Assembly: GCA_965203355.1 (NCBI GenBank)
Contig: OZ241889.1
Location: 3,264,001 to 3,328,000, forward strand
Direction: 5' to 3'
From: Candidatus Latescibacterota bacterium
GTDB taxonomy: Bacteria > Latescibacterota > UBA2968 > UBA8231
Length of the DNA: 64,000 nt
The translations under genes were made by a program, and so were the position numbers. This document shows positions 34,394-43,639 of the stretch, one piece after another; position 1 is the stretch's first letter; every line of letters starts with the position of its first letter. Under the pieces are notes generated by a model, which was not told the DNA's origin, ran no database searches, and saw only the letters and a list, made by a program, of their open reading frames with translations.

Positions 34394-36358
34394 TCAGTAC
34401 AGGTAGCGATCGGCCACGCATTGGACGATCGCGGCCACGGTCGTCTCCGTCCCTTTGATCGCATCGTGTACCCGGTAGTGCCACGGCTCGCCCCCCAAGC
34501 CAGCGCGCCAATCCCGAATGGCCGCGATGTTGTCTTGTCCGGCCTTTTGCAACTGGTCGAGACGGCCGCGCACCAACGCTTGATTTTCCATATCCGCTAG
34601 GTCGAGCGTGGCCATCTGTTCGGCTACCCAATAGACGCTGCGCGCCAATTCCACATAGGAGCGCACCACCCGCGTCTCGTGGGCCAACTCCGCTTCCCCA
34701 AGGCCCTCGACCAGGGCCAAGGCCCGGTCGCAGACCGCGACTTTGGCGTCGAAGTCCTCAGCCGTGAGATAGTAGCGGAACATCCCCTCGCCCAAATAGG
34801 GACGCTGCCGCTGCCGCACCATCTGTGCGGCCTGGCCCCAAGAATAGCATATCGGGAAATCGGAATCGTACACGTCGAATTCCACCGGCCCCATCAAGGT
34901 GGCCCACGCCGCTACGACCGCTGGCTGGGCATAGCCTTCCCGCCGCGCCCACGCCAAGGCGAATTCCGCCTCATCGCGGCCTTGCGCGTTCCAAGCCCAC
35001 TCGGCCAAAGCGTGAATATTAAAACTGCAAATCTGACGCTCTGGGCCGCCCCACGCCATCATGGCGTACGCCCCACTATAGCCCCGCCGCACCAGTTGGC
35101 CGACGTAATCTCTCATGCGGTGAGCCGAGCGCTGCGGCACCTTGAACTCCGGCGTATCCACCCGGCCATTAGCCGCAACGGGCACGTCGTAACTGGCGAT
35201 CCAGCGTCCCTCGGCCGCATAGTGGTCCAGCAGCGGATTGGCCATTAGGTCGCGGGGCCGATGGAGCACTCTTTCGAGTTGTGTGGCGCAGGCCCGCTCG
35301 ATCTTCACGGCTGGGGGCAACTCGTCCAGCACCCGATAGTTGCGCTCGGTGGTGGTGGTCGATAAAAAGATGCGAATCTGCAAGCTGGGATAGCGCTTTT
35401 GCGCCTGCCGCCAAGCCGCGACAAAAGCCCGCGCCTCCAGCACAAACTGCCCCACCGCACGGCATTCAAGGCAGCCACACTGGCCCGGCCGCTCGCTCAA
35501 CCAGCAGCTTACTTCCCCGGCCCCCTGCTCGGCGATATCCTCCATCCACTCTTGTATGATTTGCACCAACAGCGGCTGCGAAGCGCAGGGCACCCGGTGT
35601 TGATTGCCCGCCTTGTGCGCGAAATAACGCCCGGTCAAAGCCGCGTCGCCCTGGCCGGCCAGTTCGGGATAGGCCCTAAAAAGGCCGCACTCGTGCAGGA
35701 AATTGAGGTGCAGGATATAGGGCAGATAATTGAAAGCCCGCTGCCGCGCCGCGCCGAGCTGCGCTCGGTCGATGGTAGCCCGATTGCGCTGACCGCGTTT
35801 GATGGGATGCAGTTGCGTGGAGGCCATTTTGCCGTAGTTCAGTTTGAGCGTGGCCAGCCACGGGATCCAAGTCGCCGGCTCGGGAAAATTCCACAGGCCC
35901 CGCTCGGCCATATCGGGCCAGTCGAGCACCTCGGCCAAGGGGATGTGTACCTGCTCTCGGCTCATTTCGGGTTCGAGCAATTGGATCAGGGTTTGGCAGG
36001 CGTAGTACACGCCGCACTCGTCTAATCCCGTCAGCACCAGACCCGCTCGGCCCCGTGGCTCAATGAGGTACGCTTGGGCCTTGTTCTTCAAGTGCTGTAG
36101 CCGCTCAATGGCCGCGCTGTTTGCCGGGGCCACGCCCAGGTCAATGGTAAAGGAGCCGCCATTGGGCTTTGCTTTTCCCTTTTCAATGAACAGGGCGGCC
36201 AACTCGGCCGCACCTTGCCGCTCAATCGGCCCGGCTTGCTCTCGCAGCGCAATGCCCACTTCGCCCGGCCGACAGCGCACGCTGTCGGCAATGCGAATCT
36301 CGTGCGGCCGGGGCAGCAGATAAGACGTCCACAAGGGCGTTGGGTCAGCGGTGGTCAT
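34394..36358 (-). CDS. Protein with a GH20 zincin-like N-domain and probable TIM barrel
   Basis: LLPRPHEI, QAY, GVYYACQTLIQL, DWPDMAERG. Confidence 0.6.
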   Translation of the reverse strand: MTTADPTPLWTSYLLPRPHEIRIADSVRCRPGEVGIALREQAGPIERQGAAELAALFIEKGKAKPNGGSFTIDLGVAPANSAAIERLQHLKNKAQAYLIEPRGRAGLVLTGLDECGVYYACQTLIQLLEPEMSREQVHIPLAEVLDWPDMAERGLWNFPEPATWIPWLATLKLNYGKMASTQLHPIKRGQRNRATIDRAQLGAARQRAFNYLPYILHLNFLHECGLFRAYPELAGQGDAALTGRYFAHKAGNQHRVPCASQPLLVQIIQEWMEDIAEQGAGEVSCWLSERPGQCGCLECRAVGQFVLEARAFVAAWRQAQKRYPSLQIRIFLSTTTTERNYRVLDELPPAVKIERACATQLERVLHRPRDLMANPLLDHYAAEGRWIASYDVPVAANGRVDTPEFKVPQRSAHRMRDYVGQLVRRGYSGAYAMMAWGGPERQICSFNIHALAEWAWNAQGRDEAEFALAWARREGYAQPAVVAAWATLMGPVEFDVYDSDFPICYSWGQAAQMVRQRQRPYLGEGMFRYYLTAEDFDAKVAVCDRALALVEGLGEAELAHETRVVRSYVELARSVYWVAEQMATLDLADMENQALVRGRLDQLQKAGQDNIAAIRDWRAGLGGEPWHYRVHDAIKGTETTVAAIVQCVADRYLY

Positions 36359-36391
36359 CTTTAGGCTCCTCTATTGACTATGACTCTGTAA

Positions 36392-37474
36392 CTATAGCCC
36401 ATAATTCTTCGCGGTCGCACCGCATATCTGCCCGATGGCGTCGCGCTCGGCCGGGCTGAACGATGCTTCGTATTGCGGCTGATACGCGACCTGCTCGGCC
36501 CAACGCTCCACCCAAGCCTCTCCAGCATCCAAGTTGCAAAACGCCAGCAGGTCCGCAATGTTCGGCGCGGCGGCCGCGCACAAGTGCTCAAACGGCACCA
36601 CCAAACAGCGCGTCTTGAGTGCGTCTTGCTGTAGTACCTCCTCGTAGGTCCAAGCGTATATCGCATTCCAGTATTCAGCCCAACCCTCGACATCGCGCCC
36701 GGCGTCCCACAGCGTTTGGATGTGCTGCGTTTTTGCCGAGTCAATGTTGATGGGGAGGCGCTCGCAGCCAAACTCAAAGTGGCCGGCGTTGCGCAGGTAC
36801 TGGCGGTGAGCCGACGATGAGAAGTGGTCCAAGTTGCGCTGGTGCTGGCGCATCATGGACGCGATGTGCGCGGCTGGCTGGCGCACCGCAATGACGAAGC
36901 GCGCCCCTTCGTACAGCTTGGCCAGATACGCGATCCGCGTGATATTGTAGTTGTTTTTGGAGACGATGCGCTCGGCCTGGCGGCCCAGCAGCAGCTTCGC
37001 CAAGGTCGCGGTGTAAAAAGCCTCAAACTCCGGGTGACTGAACCACCTTTCGAGCGCATTGTTTATTATCGGGTGGTGCAGGAAATCGAAAAACTGCATC
37101 CACAGAATTTCTTCCATGGCCTCGGGACTGTATGCGTTGACCAGCACGCCGTCGGCATGAGCACGCTCTTGTTTGTGCGCCGCGCCCAGTCCGGCGGCGC
37201 GGAAGAGGCGGTCGGCCCAAAACGGCGTGAACGCCCCGTAGTAATCGCAGTATTTGAACGAGGTCAGGCGCGGGTGGGACGCCAGTATGTTCAGCAGCAG
37301 CGTCGTGCCGGCCCGCGCCAAGCCCGCGATGTAAATGGGGTCGTGTACCGCCTTGAGCCGCCCTTTGAGCAGCCGCGTCTCCAGCTTGCCCACGTCAATC
37401 CAAAAGTTCGGATGCCCATGCACCAGCCAGCCGCAAAAACGCATCAGCCGCGTTTGATTAAAATTCGTTTCCAT
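36392..37474 (-). CDS. PAPS-dependent sulfotransferase
   Basis: GLARAGTT 5'-PSB loop; VRQP...S. Confidence 0.85.
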   Translation of the reverse strand: METNFNQTRLMRFCGWLVHGHPNFWIDVGKLETRLLKGRLKAVHDPIYIAGLARAGTTLLLNILASHPRLTSFKYCDYYGAFTPFWADRLFRAAGLGAAHKQERAHADGVLVNAYSPEAMEEILWMQFFDFLHHPIINNALERWFSHPEFEAFYTATLAKLLLGRQAERIVSKNNYNITRIAYLAKLYEGARFVIAVRQPAAHIASMMRQHQRNLDHFSSSAHRQYLRNAGHFEFGCERLPINIDSAKTQHIQTLWDAGRDVEGWAEYWNAIYAWTYEEVLQQDALKTRCLVVPFEHLCAAAAPNIADLLAFCNLDAGEAWVERWAEQVAYQPQYEASFSPAERDAIGQICGATAKNYGL

Positions 37475-37542
37475 GACAGTTTAGCAATAAGAAACAACAG
37501 ACGAATACAGGCGCAATGCCCAGCCGCAAAGGAATCATCCCC

Positions 37543-39057
37543 ATGGCACTAGACGATCTAAAAGAAACCATCGCAACGCTTCAGGCGCGCATTCGGGCGC
37601 ATCATGCCTATTTGACCGGCTACGAAACGCGGACGCGGCAGGCACTTATCGATCCGCTCCTGCGCGCTTTAGGCTGGGATGTCGAAGACCCCGATTCAGT
37701 CAAACTCGAATACGGAATCAAGCGAAAGTGGGCTGACTACGCGCTGATGAAAAGCGAGAAACCAATCGCTGTGATCGAGGCCAAGGCGCTAGGGAAGGCA
37801 CTGCAATACGACGAGAAAATGCAGGCACTCAACTACGCGAACATGGAGGGCATTGACTACATGGCCGTCACCAACGGCGACCATTGGCAGCTATTCGACG
37901 TGTTTGCGAGAGGTCCGCTCGACGAGCGCATTCTGATGAAATTCCAATTGGCGCAAGACGAGCCGTATGCTTGCGCGTTGCAGGCTTTAGCGCTATGGCG
38001 ACCGAATTTGGCGAGCGGCAAGCTGAAGGAAGCGGCGACACCCGTAACGATAAAATCCGCGCCCGAAGAATCAACGCCAGCACCAAGCAGCCCACAGCAG
38101 ACCGCCACCGTCCGCGTCAACACCACTAATTTGGCGAGTGGCAATCTGGCAGCGGCGATACCAGAATCAAGCAGCCCACAGCAGACCAGTGGCGAGTGGC
38201 AGGCACTTACTGAGTTGCAAGTAACAAGAGGACAGCGAGCACCAACATTCGTCCAGTTTCCAAATTCAAGTCCAAAACCACTCGGTTCTTGGGTCGATCT
38301 GTGGGTACGTGTTGCCGAGTATTTGGTGGAAACGGGCAAAATTTCAGAACGGAATTGCCCAATAAAAACGGAGCGATCAAAATCCAAATACCTTTTACAC
38401 ACGGAGCCGAAACACGCAAACGGCAGGGAGTTCATGAGCAAACGAAAAGTCGATAATCTATGGTTAGATACTTTTGTCGGCTCAACCAGCACTTGGCGAA
38501 AATCACGCTGGCTCCTCAAAAAATTCAGCGTCGACCCCGCCACCGTCTTCGTCAGCACCACTAATTTGGCGAGTGGCAATCTGGCAGCGGCGATACCTGT
38601 AACGATAAAATCCGCGCCCGAAGAATCGACGCCAGCACCAATCAGCCCACAGCAGAGCAGCGACGGTTGGCAGGCACTTACTGAGTTCCACGTCGAAAAA
38701 GGGCAGCGAGCACCAGCATCCATCCAGTTTCCAAATTCAACTCCAAAACCGCTCAGTTCTTGGGTCGATCTGTGGGCAAGTGTTGCCGAGTATTTGGTGG
38801 AAACGGACAAAATCTCAGAACGGGATTGTCCAATAAAAATGGAGCGACCAAAATCCTACTACCTTTTACACACGGAGCCGAAACACCCAAACGGCAAGCC
38901 GTTTTATACCAAACGAAAAATCGGGAATCTATTATGGTCGGATGGCTATTTTAATAATAGCAACTACCCAGAGGCAGCTACGGAACGCTCACGCTGGCTG
39001 CTCGAAAAGTTCGGCGTCGACCCCGCCACCGTCCGCGTCAACACCAACCAAAGCTAG
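37543..39057 (+). CDS. HsdR_N-type PD-(D/E)xK nuclease with two tandem C-terminal DNA-binding-like domains
   Basis: ETRTRQALIDPLL.ALGW, ADY, IEAK, QALNY, TNG; repeats at 38197-38550 and 38668-39040. Confidence 0.8.
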   Translation: MALDDLKETIATLQARIRAHHAYLTGYETRTRQALIDPLLRALGWDVEDPDSVKLEYGIKRKWADYALMKSEKPIAVIEAKALGKALQYDEKMQALNYANMEGIDYMAVTNGDHWQLFDVFARGPLDERILMKFQLAQDEPYACALQALALWRPNLASGKLKEAATPVTIKSAPEESTPAPSSPQQTATVRVNTTNLASGNLAAAIPESSSPQQTSGEWQALTELQVTRGQRAPTFVQFPNSSPKPLGSWVDLWVRVAEYLVETGKISERNCPIKTERSKSKYLLHTEPKHANGREFMSKRKVDNLWLDTFVGSTSTWRKSRWLLKKFSVDPATVFVSTTNLASGNLAAAIPVTIKSAPEESTPAPISPQQSSDGWQALTEFHVEKGQRAPASIQFPNSTPKPLSSWVDLWASVAEYLVETDKISERDCPIKMERPKSYYLLHTEPKHPNGKPFYTKRKIGNLLWSDGYFNNSNYPEAATERSRWLLEKFGVDPATVRVNTNQS

Positions 39058-39079
39058 CCCATGTCCTCCCGTCCCTGAT

Positions 39080-39204
39080 AGTGGCCGGTGGCCAGTGGTC
39101 AGTGGCCTGTCCCGACCCGGCCCTGATAGAGCGGGGAAACTAACCACTGACCACTGACCACTAACCACTGACCACTAACCACTGACCACTGACCCCTGAC
39201 CCCC
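39080..39204. repeat. Heptamer-array palindromic element, copy 2
   Basis: GTGGCCG/GTGGCCA/GTGGTCA/GTGGCCT, spacer, AAACTA, then (ACCACTG/A)n. Confidence 0.85.
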
Positions 39205-40530
39205 ATGCCGTCTTTCCTCCACAAAACCTACATCGCCACCCTCATCTGCTGCCTCCTATTCCTCGCGTACATCACCGGCGTAGTGTCGGCGATCTTCCAC
39301 CTCGCTCCCGCTCCCGACATCCGCATCCACGCCGTCAACGCCTACGGCCACCTCGCCTATCTCTACGAAGACCTCACCGACACCAAAAACCAATTCACCA
39401 GCACCATGTGGTTTGAAGACGCCAGCGAGCTATCCGGGGCCATCATCCACAACGCCGCCGCCATGCAGCCCGGGCTGACGCTCGTCTCCAAAAACGCCAC
39501 CGCGGCCGTGCTCATGGACTCGCTCGGCAACGTGGTCCACCAGTGGCAATGCGACTTTGCTGAAGCCTTTGACGAAGACGACTTCGCCGCCTTCCCACAG
39601 CAACCCGACATGTTGCACTGGCACCGCACGCATCTGTATCCCAACGGCGACCTCCTGGCCAACCACGACTACGTCGATCACTACCCTTACGGCTACGGCC
39701 TCGTCAAACTCGACAAAAACTCACAGGTCATCTGGAAATACACCGGCACGGCCCACCACGACTTCGACTTGGACGATCAAGGCAACATCTACACCCTCGT
39801 CCAAGAAATCGGCACCGCGCCCATCGGCGACATCCAACCCCCATACATCGAAGATTTTGCCGTGGTCATCGACGGCGTAACCGGCCAAGAGAAGCGGCGC
39901 TTTTCCCTTTTCCGCGCCCTGCAAAACTCGCCGTATCGCAGCGTATTCGACCGCTGGCAAACCACCCGCCACAGCGAAGTCACCCACACCAACGCCATTC
40001 GCGTCATCCCGCCCGATTGGGCCGCAGCCGCTCACATCCCGCGCGTCAAAGCTGGCGACCTGCTCATCTCCTTGCGCAACCCCAACGCCCTCATCATCGT
40101 CGATCCCACCGAGCAACAAGTGATTTGGTACGGGGAAGGAATCTGGAAACAGCAGCACGACCCAGACCTGCTGCCCAACGGCCTCGTCCTGCTCTTCGAC
40201 AACCAAGGCTTGCGCGGCCACCCCTTCGGCCAAAGCCGCGTCCTCGAAATCGATCTATTTACGCACGAAGTGTACTGGGAGTACAAGGGCACCAGCGCCG
40301 ATCAGACTTTTGACAGTTGGATCCGCGGCGCCCAACAGCGGCTACCCAACGGCAACACCCTCATCACAGAATCGCAACGCGGCCGCTTGCTCGAAGTCAC
40401 GCCAGCCGGCGAAATCGCGTGGGAATACTACAACCCGGACCGCGCCGAATATCAAGGCAAACCCCTGCGCGGCATGATGACCCAAGCCCAGAGGATCCCC
40501 CCAGATGCCCTGTCCTTTCTCGAAAATTAG
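39205..40530 (+). CDS. Arylsulfotransferase (ASST)-family beta-propeller
   Basis: HHD, HTN, QHD, LFDN, QRLPNGNTLITE. Confidence 0.88.
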   Translation: MPSFLHKTYIATLICCLLFLAYITGVVSAIFHLAPAPDIRIHAVNAYGHLAYLYEDLTDTKNQFTSTMWFEDASELSGAIIHNAAAMQPGLTLVSKNATAAVLMDSLGNVVHQWQCDFAEAFDEDDFAAFPQQPDMLHWHRTHLYPNGDLLANHDYVDHYPYGYGLVKLDKNSQVIWKYTGTAHHDFDLDDQGNIYTLVQEIGTAPIGDIQPPYIEDFAVVIDGVTGQEKRRFSLFRALQNSPYRSVFDRWQTTRHSEVTHTNAIRVIPPDWAAAAHIPRVKAGDLLISLRNPNALIIVDPTEQQVIWYGEGIWKQQHDPDLLPNGLVLLFDNQGLRGHPFGQSRVLEIDLFTHEVYWEYKGTSADQTFDSWIRGAQQRLPNGNTLITESQRGRLLEVTPAGEIAWEYYNPDRAEYQGKPLRGMMTQAQRIPPDALSFLEN

Positions 40531-40732
40531 CCTCGTCGGCGCACTCTTGCTTTTGTGGAGCAGCACCGCCCACGCCTACATCGGCCCCATTATCATCATC
40601 GGTGCCATCGGCAGCATGTTCGGCTGGGTCGCCGCGGTGATCCTGGCGGCCGCGCTCGTCGCCTCGTACCCCTTTTACGTGCTGTACCGTCGCAAAAATA
40701 AACGCCGACAAAGCAAGGAAGATATATCCTAG
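40505..40732 (+). CDS. Small membrane protein (AHAYIGP type)
   Basis: Signal-like AHA-YIGP, TM helix, basic tail. Confidence 0.55.
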   Translation: MPCPFSKISLVGALLLLWSSTAHAYIGPIIIIGAIGSMFGWVAAVILAAALVASYPFYVLYRRKNKRRQSKEDIS

Positions 40733-41451
40733 CGCCCGTGCTCCCGTAGCAGCCGCATCCCGTGCGCCAACGCGCCAGGCGTATCCACATCCTGCCACCA
40801 AGCCGCGCCAATATCCCAAGCGCGCAACCGGCCTTGCGCTATCAGGGCCCGCATCCCATCGGTCAAGCTGCAATCGCCGCGCCGCGCCTTTACCTCGCTG
40901 AGCCGTGCCACCAGCGCGTTGCTGCAAGCAAACAGTCCGGTATCAACGGCGTTGAAATCCGTCAGTTCCTTGCCAATCGCCGCAATGCGTTGGCCGGCTA
41001 ATCGCACCTTAGTCGCATCGTCCATGTCGTAAATCGCCGCCAATTTGCGGTCCACGGCCAACACCACCTCGCCGGGGCTTGGACGCACGCGCCGCATGGC
41101 CGCGATCAGCGCCGGATCGAAGAGATGATCGGCCATGAGTAGCATGAATTGATCGGCCAGCATCTCGGTCGCCGCCAACACTGAAATCCCATTGGCTAGC
41201 CGCCATTGCGCATTCTCGACAAACCGCAGCCCGACTCCCAAACCACGCGCCCGGTTCAACGCCGCACACACGTCCGCGCCGCAATGCCCAGTGACCACGA
41301 CAATCTCCTTTAGACCGCTCTGCTCCAGCATCCGGCAGGTGCGCACCAACAGAGGCTCACCGGCTATTTGCACTAGCGCTTTGTGCGTTACCGGGACGTG
41401 ATCGCGCAAACGCGAGCCATGCCCGGCCGCCAAAATGAGCGCTTGATCCAT
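40729..41451 (-). CDS. Sugar/inositol-phosphate cytidylyltransferase (IPCT/LicC-like)
   Basis: ILAAGHGSRL..HK, NGIS, MADH, DATKV, VDTG, WQDVDT. Confidence 0.85.
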   Translation of the reverse strand: MDQALILAAGHGSRLRDHVPVTHKALVQIAGEPLLVRTCRMLEQSGLKEIVVVTGHCGADVCAALNRARGLGVGLRFVENAQWRLANGISVLAATEMLADQFMLLMADHLFDPALIAAMRRVRPSPGEVVLAVDRKLAAIYDMDDATKVRLAGQRIAAIGKELTDFNAVDTGLFACSNALVARLSEVKARRGDCSLTDGMRALIAQGRLRAWDIGAAWWQDVDTPGALAHGMRLLREHGR

Positions 41452-41494
41452 CACAAAATCTCTCCTCAAGGGCGCCCGAGGAACGCCCTTACAA

Positions 41495-43636
41495 TTAACC
41501 GATGATAAACACTACATTGCCGGTCTTGCCGGTACAGTAGTCAATGACGACCCACAGGCCGTTGCACAAGGTCTCGCCCATAATCAGCCCCAGAAAAAAG
41601 CGCACACTCGTCGCGTAGATCGCCGGGCCACCAAAGCGCAACACAACTAGCTTGATCGCCCAAGCCACGAAGACGCTGAACCAGATCTTGTCCATCAGGT
41701 GATTGGCCGCCACCGCAAAGCCCAGCGGGTGCAAAGGCCACCAGAGCAGGTGCTGCCGCGCCCACATCAGCAGGAGCATCGCAGCAGCACCCCCAGCGAA
41801 AAAACCCCACCCATCCCAGGCGACGCCGGCGGGTTCCAGCCCGCGTACCGCGTAGTTGTACACGGTCGCAGGTCCGCCCTTGAACAGCCAGCCGACCAAA
41901 TTGATCCCACCGTGGCGGTAGGCCATTTGCAACACCATCCAGCACGAGCCGACCGCGCCGATCAAGATCGCCAAATACACTCCCCACAACACCAGCCGAC
42001 GGCTCCGGCGGTCCAAGTCCTCGATCAGCTTCAGCCCATTGACCAGCAGCGCCATGACGAAGATGCGGATATCGGCGCACCAAATATAGGCCAGCGACAG
42101 ATTGAACACCCCGCTGGTGCCGACCAGATTGGCACCCAGCCCTTGGATCATCAAGTCCGGCGCGATCATCGGCGAGCGCACCGCCGCCAACCCAGCCTCG
42201 GCCACCACCCGACTGATCCCGATAAAAATCAACAGTGCCAGCCCTATAAACACCGCCGCCACCCACCAATACACGCCCATCAGCCACAGCCAACCCACCA
42301 TGACCCCAAAGCCGATTAGCAGGCCGCAGACCGCACTGCGATAGGTCGTGATCTCGTCGCCGTCATCCACATCGCGCCCGCCCCCAAATGCCTTGCGGAA
42401 CACCTCGCCAATGTGTTCCCGTCCCACCCACAACCCGACCAGCACCATCGCAATCAACGCCCCCCCACCTTGATACGCCAGATAGGGCTGCCCGGCAATC
42501 CCGTAGACGAACTTCTGCTTCGAGACGGCCCCCATCAGGATCAGGACCTCGGACTCGGCCTTGGCGATCAGTTGGAACACCCACAGCCCGGCCGAGATGC
42601 TCGTGTTGATCAAATAGGAAAAGCCAATGAGCGCGAAGAGGACCCGCAACTGCAACACTTGGCTACCCACGTAGGGCACCCCCCAGCTTAAATCAAAGGC
42701 GGGCAGCGCTGGATCGTAGTGATGCAGCGCCTTGAGCGAGCCGAAAAACAGGGGAATGGCGCAGCCGCACCACATCGCCCGGCTGGTAAAAAAGCGGTTG
42801 AGCAACCCCTCGCTCTCCCCCTGCACCATCGCCCGCCCGACTTGGGTAATCGGGTAGGCCAACCGCTCGCGGTCCATCCATTGTCGCCGCAAAATCACCG
42901 CCAGCGAGACCATCGCCACGTAAAGCGCACTGAGAAACACCACCCACCACGCCAGCGGCTCGACCCAAGCTCCGTAGGAAATTTCGCCTCCCTCGAAAAA
43001 GGCGCGATTGTCCGCGCCGTCATCGACCAAAATGGCGCGCTCGGGCAAGAGCGCCCGCAGCTTTTCCTCCCATTGGTTCTGCGGCGTGGCATAGTAGAAA
43101 AACGCAGCGATGATCGGCAGTAACTGCTGGCTCATGCCCATGGTACACACAGCCGAGACCATCAACAGCATGATGTACACTAGCACCAGATCGGCGCGGT
43201 TGAGTGCCAGCGAGCCGCCGCGCAGGGCCACGCCGAGGTTGAGCAGGGCCGAGGCCACCAAAAAGGAAGCCAACCACCAGCCCGGATCGCTCACGTCAAA
43301 TGGCGGCGCCAGGGAGTGCGCCAGATAGGCGACCAGCGCCACCACAGCCAGCCCTAGCGCCCAGCCCCGATTCCGCGCGGCCACCTTAAAGAGGACGTTT
43401 AGTAGGCCGATTAGAACTAAAAACAGAAAAATGGCGCCCGGGGTGTTAAAATCCCACGCCATGAACGTCGCGTGCATGGCCGTATTGGCATACGGCGCGC
43501 CAAGGGCCAAAAAGAAGCTCAGAAAGACCCCGGTCCAAAAGCCGCGCCAAGTAATGCCGGTGTGCCCCGCTAACTTCGGCGTCGCCGGGCCGGATTCGAG
43601 GTGGTCGGCAAATGTAGCGGGAATCAAGCGCTGCAA
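41495..43636 (-). CDS. Polytopic membrane protein (DUF6785/DUF6784-like putative transporter)
   Basis: RQW..ERL.YP, R.VAEAG, WWPLHPLG, FFLGLI.G; many TM helices. Confidence 0.7.
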   Translation of the reverse strand: MQRLIPATFADHLESGPATPKLAGHTGITWRGFWTGVFLSFFLALGAPYANTAMHATFMAWDFNTPGAIFLFLVLIGLLNVLFKVAARNRGWALGLAVVALVAYLAHSLAPPFDVSDPGWWLASFLVASALLNLGVALRGGSLALNRADLVLVYIMLLMVSAVCTMGMSQQLLPIIAAFFYYATPQNQWEEKLRALLPERAILVDDGADNRAFFEGGEISYGAWVEPLAWWVVFLSALYVAMVSLAVILRRQWMDRERLAYPITQVGRAMVQGESEGLLNRFFTSRAMWCGCAIPLFFGSLKALHHYDPALPAFDLSWGVPYVGSQVLQLRVLFALIGFSYLINTSISAGLWVFQLIAKAESEVLILMGAVSKQKFVYGIAGQPYLAYQGGGALIAMVLVGLWVGREHIGEVFRKAFGGGRDVDDGDEITTYRSAVCGLLIGFGVMVGWLWLMGVYWWVAAVFIGLALLIFIGISRVVAEAGLAAVRSPMIAPDLMIQGLGANLVGTSGVFNLSLAYIWCADIRIFVMALLVNGLKLIEDLDRRSRRLVLWGVYLAILIGAVGSCWMVLQMAYRHGGINLVGWLFKGGPATVYNYAVRGLEPAGVAWDGWGFFAGGAAAMLLLMWARQHLLWWPLHPLGFAVAANHLMDKIWFSVFVAWAIKLVVLRFGGPAIYATSVRFFLGLIMGETLCNGLWVVIDYCTGKTGNVVFIIG

Positions 43637-43639
43637 ACT

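Noticed and set aside
37543-39057. Diversity-generating retroelement TR/VR pair
   Set aside because: Both repeats are coding in one ORF, differences include indels and are not obviously adenine-specific, and no reverse transcriptase is present
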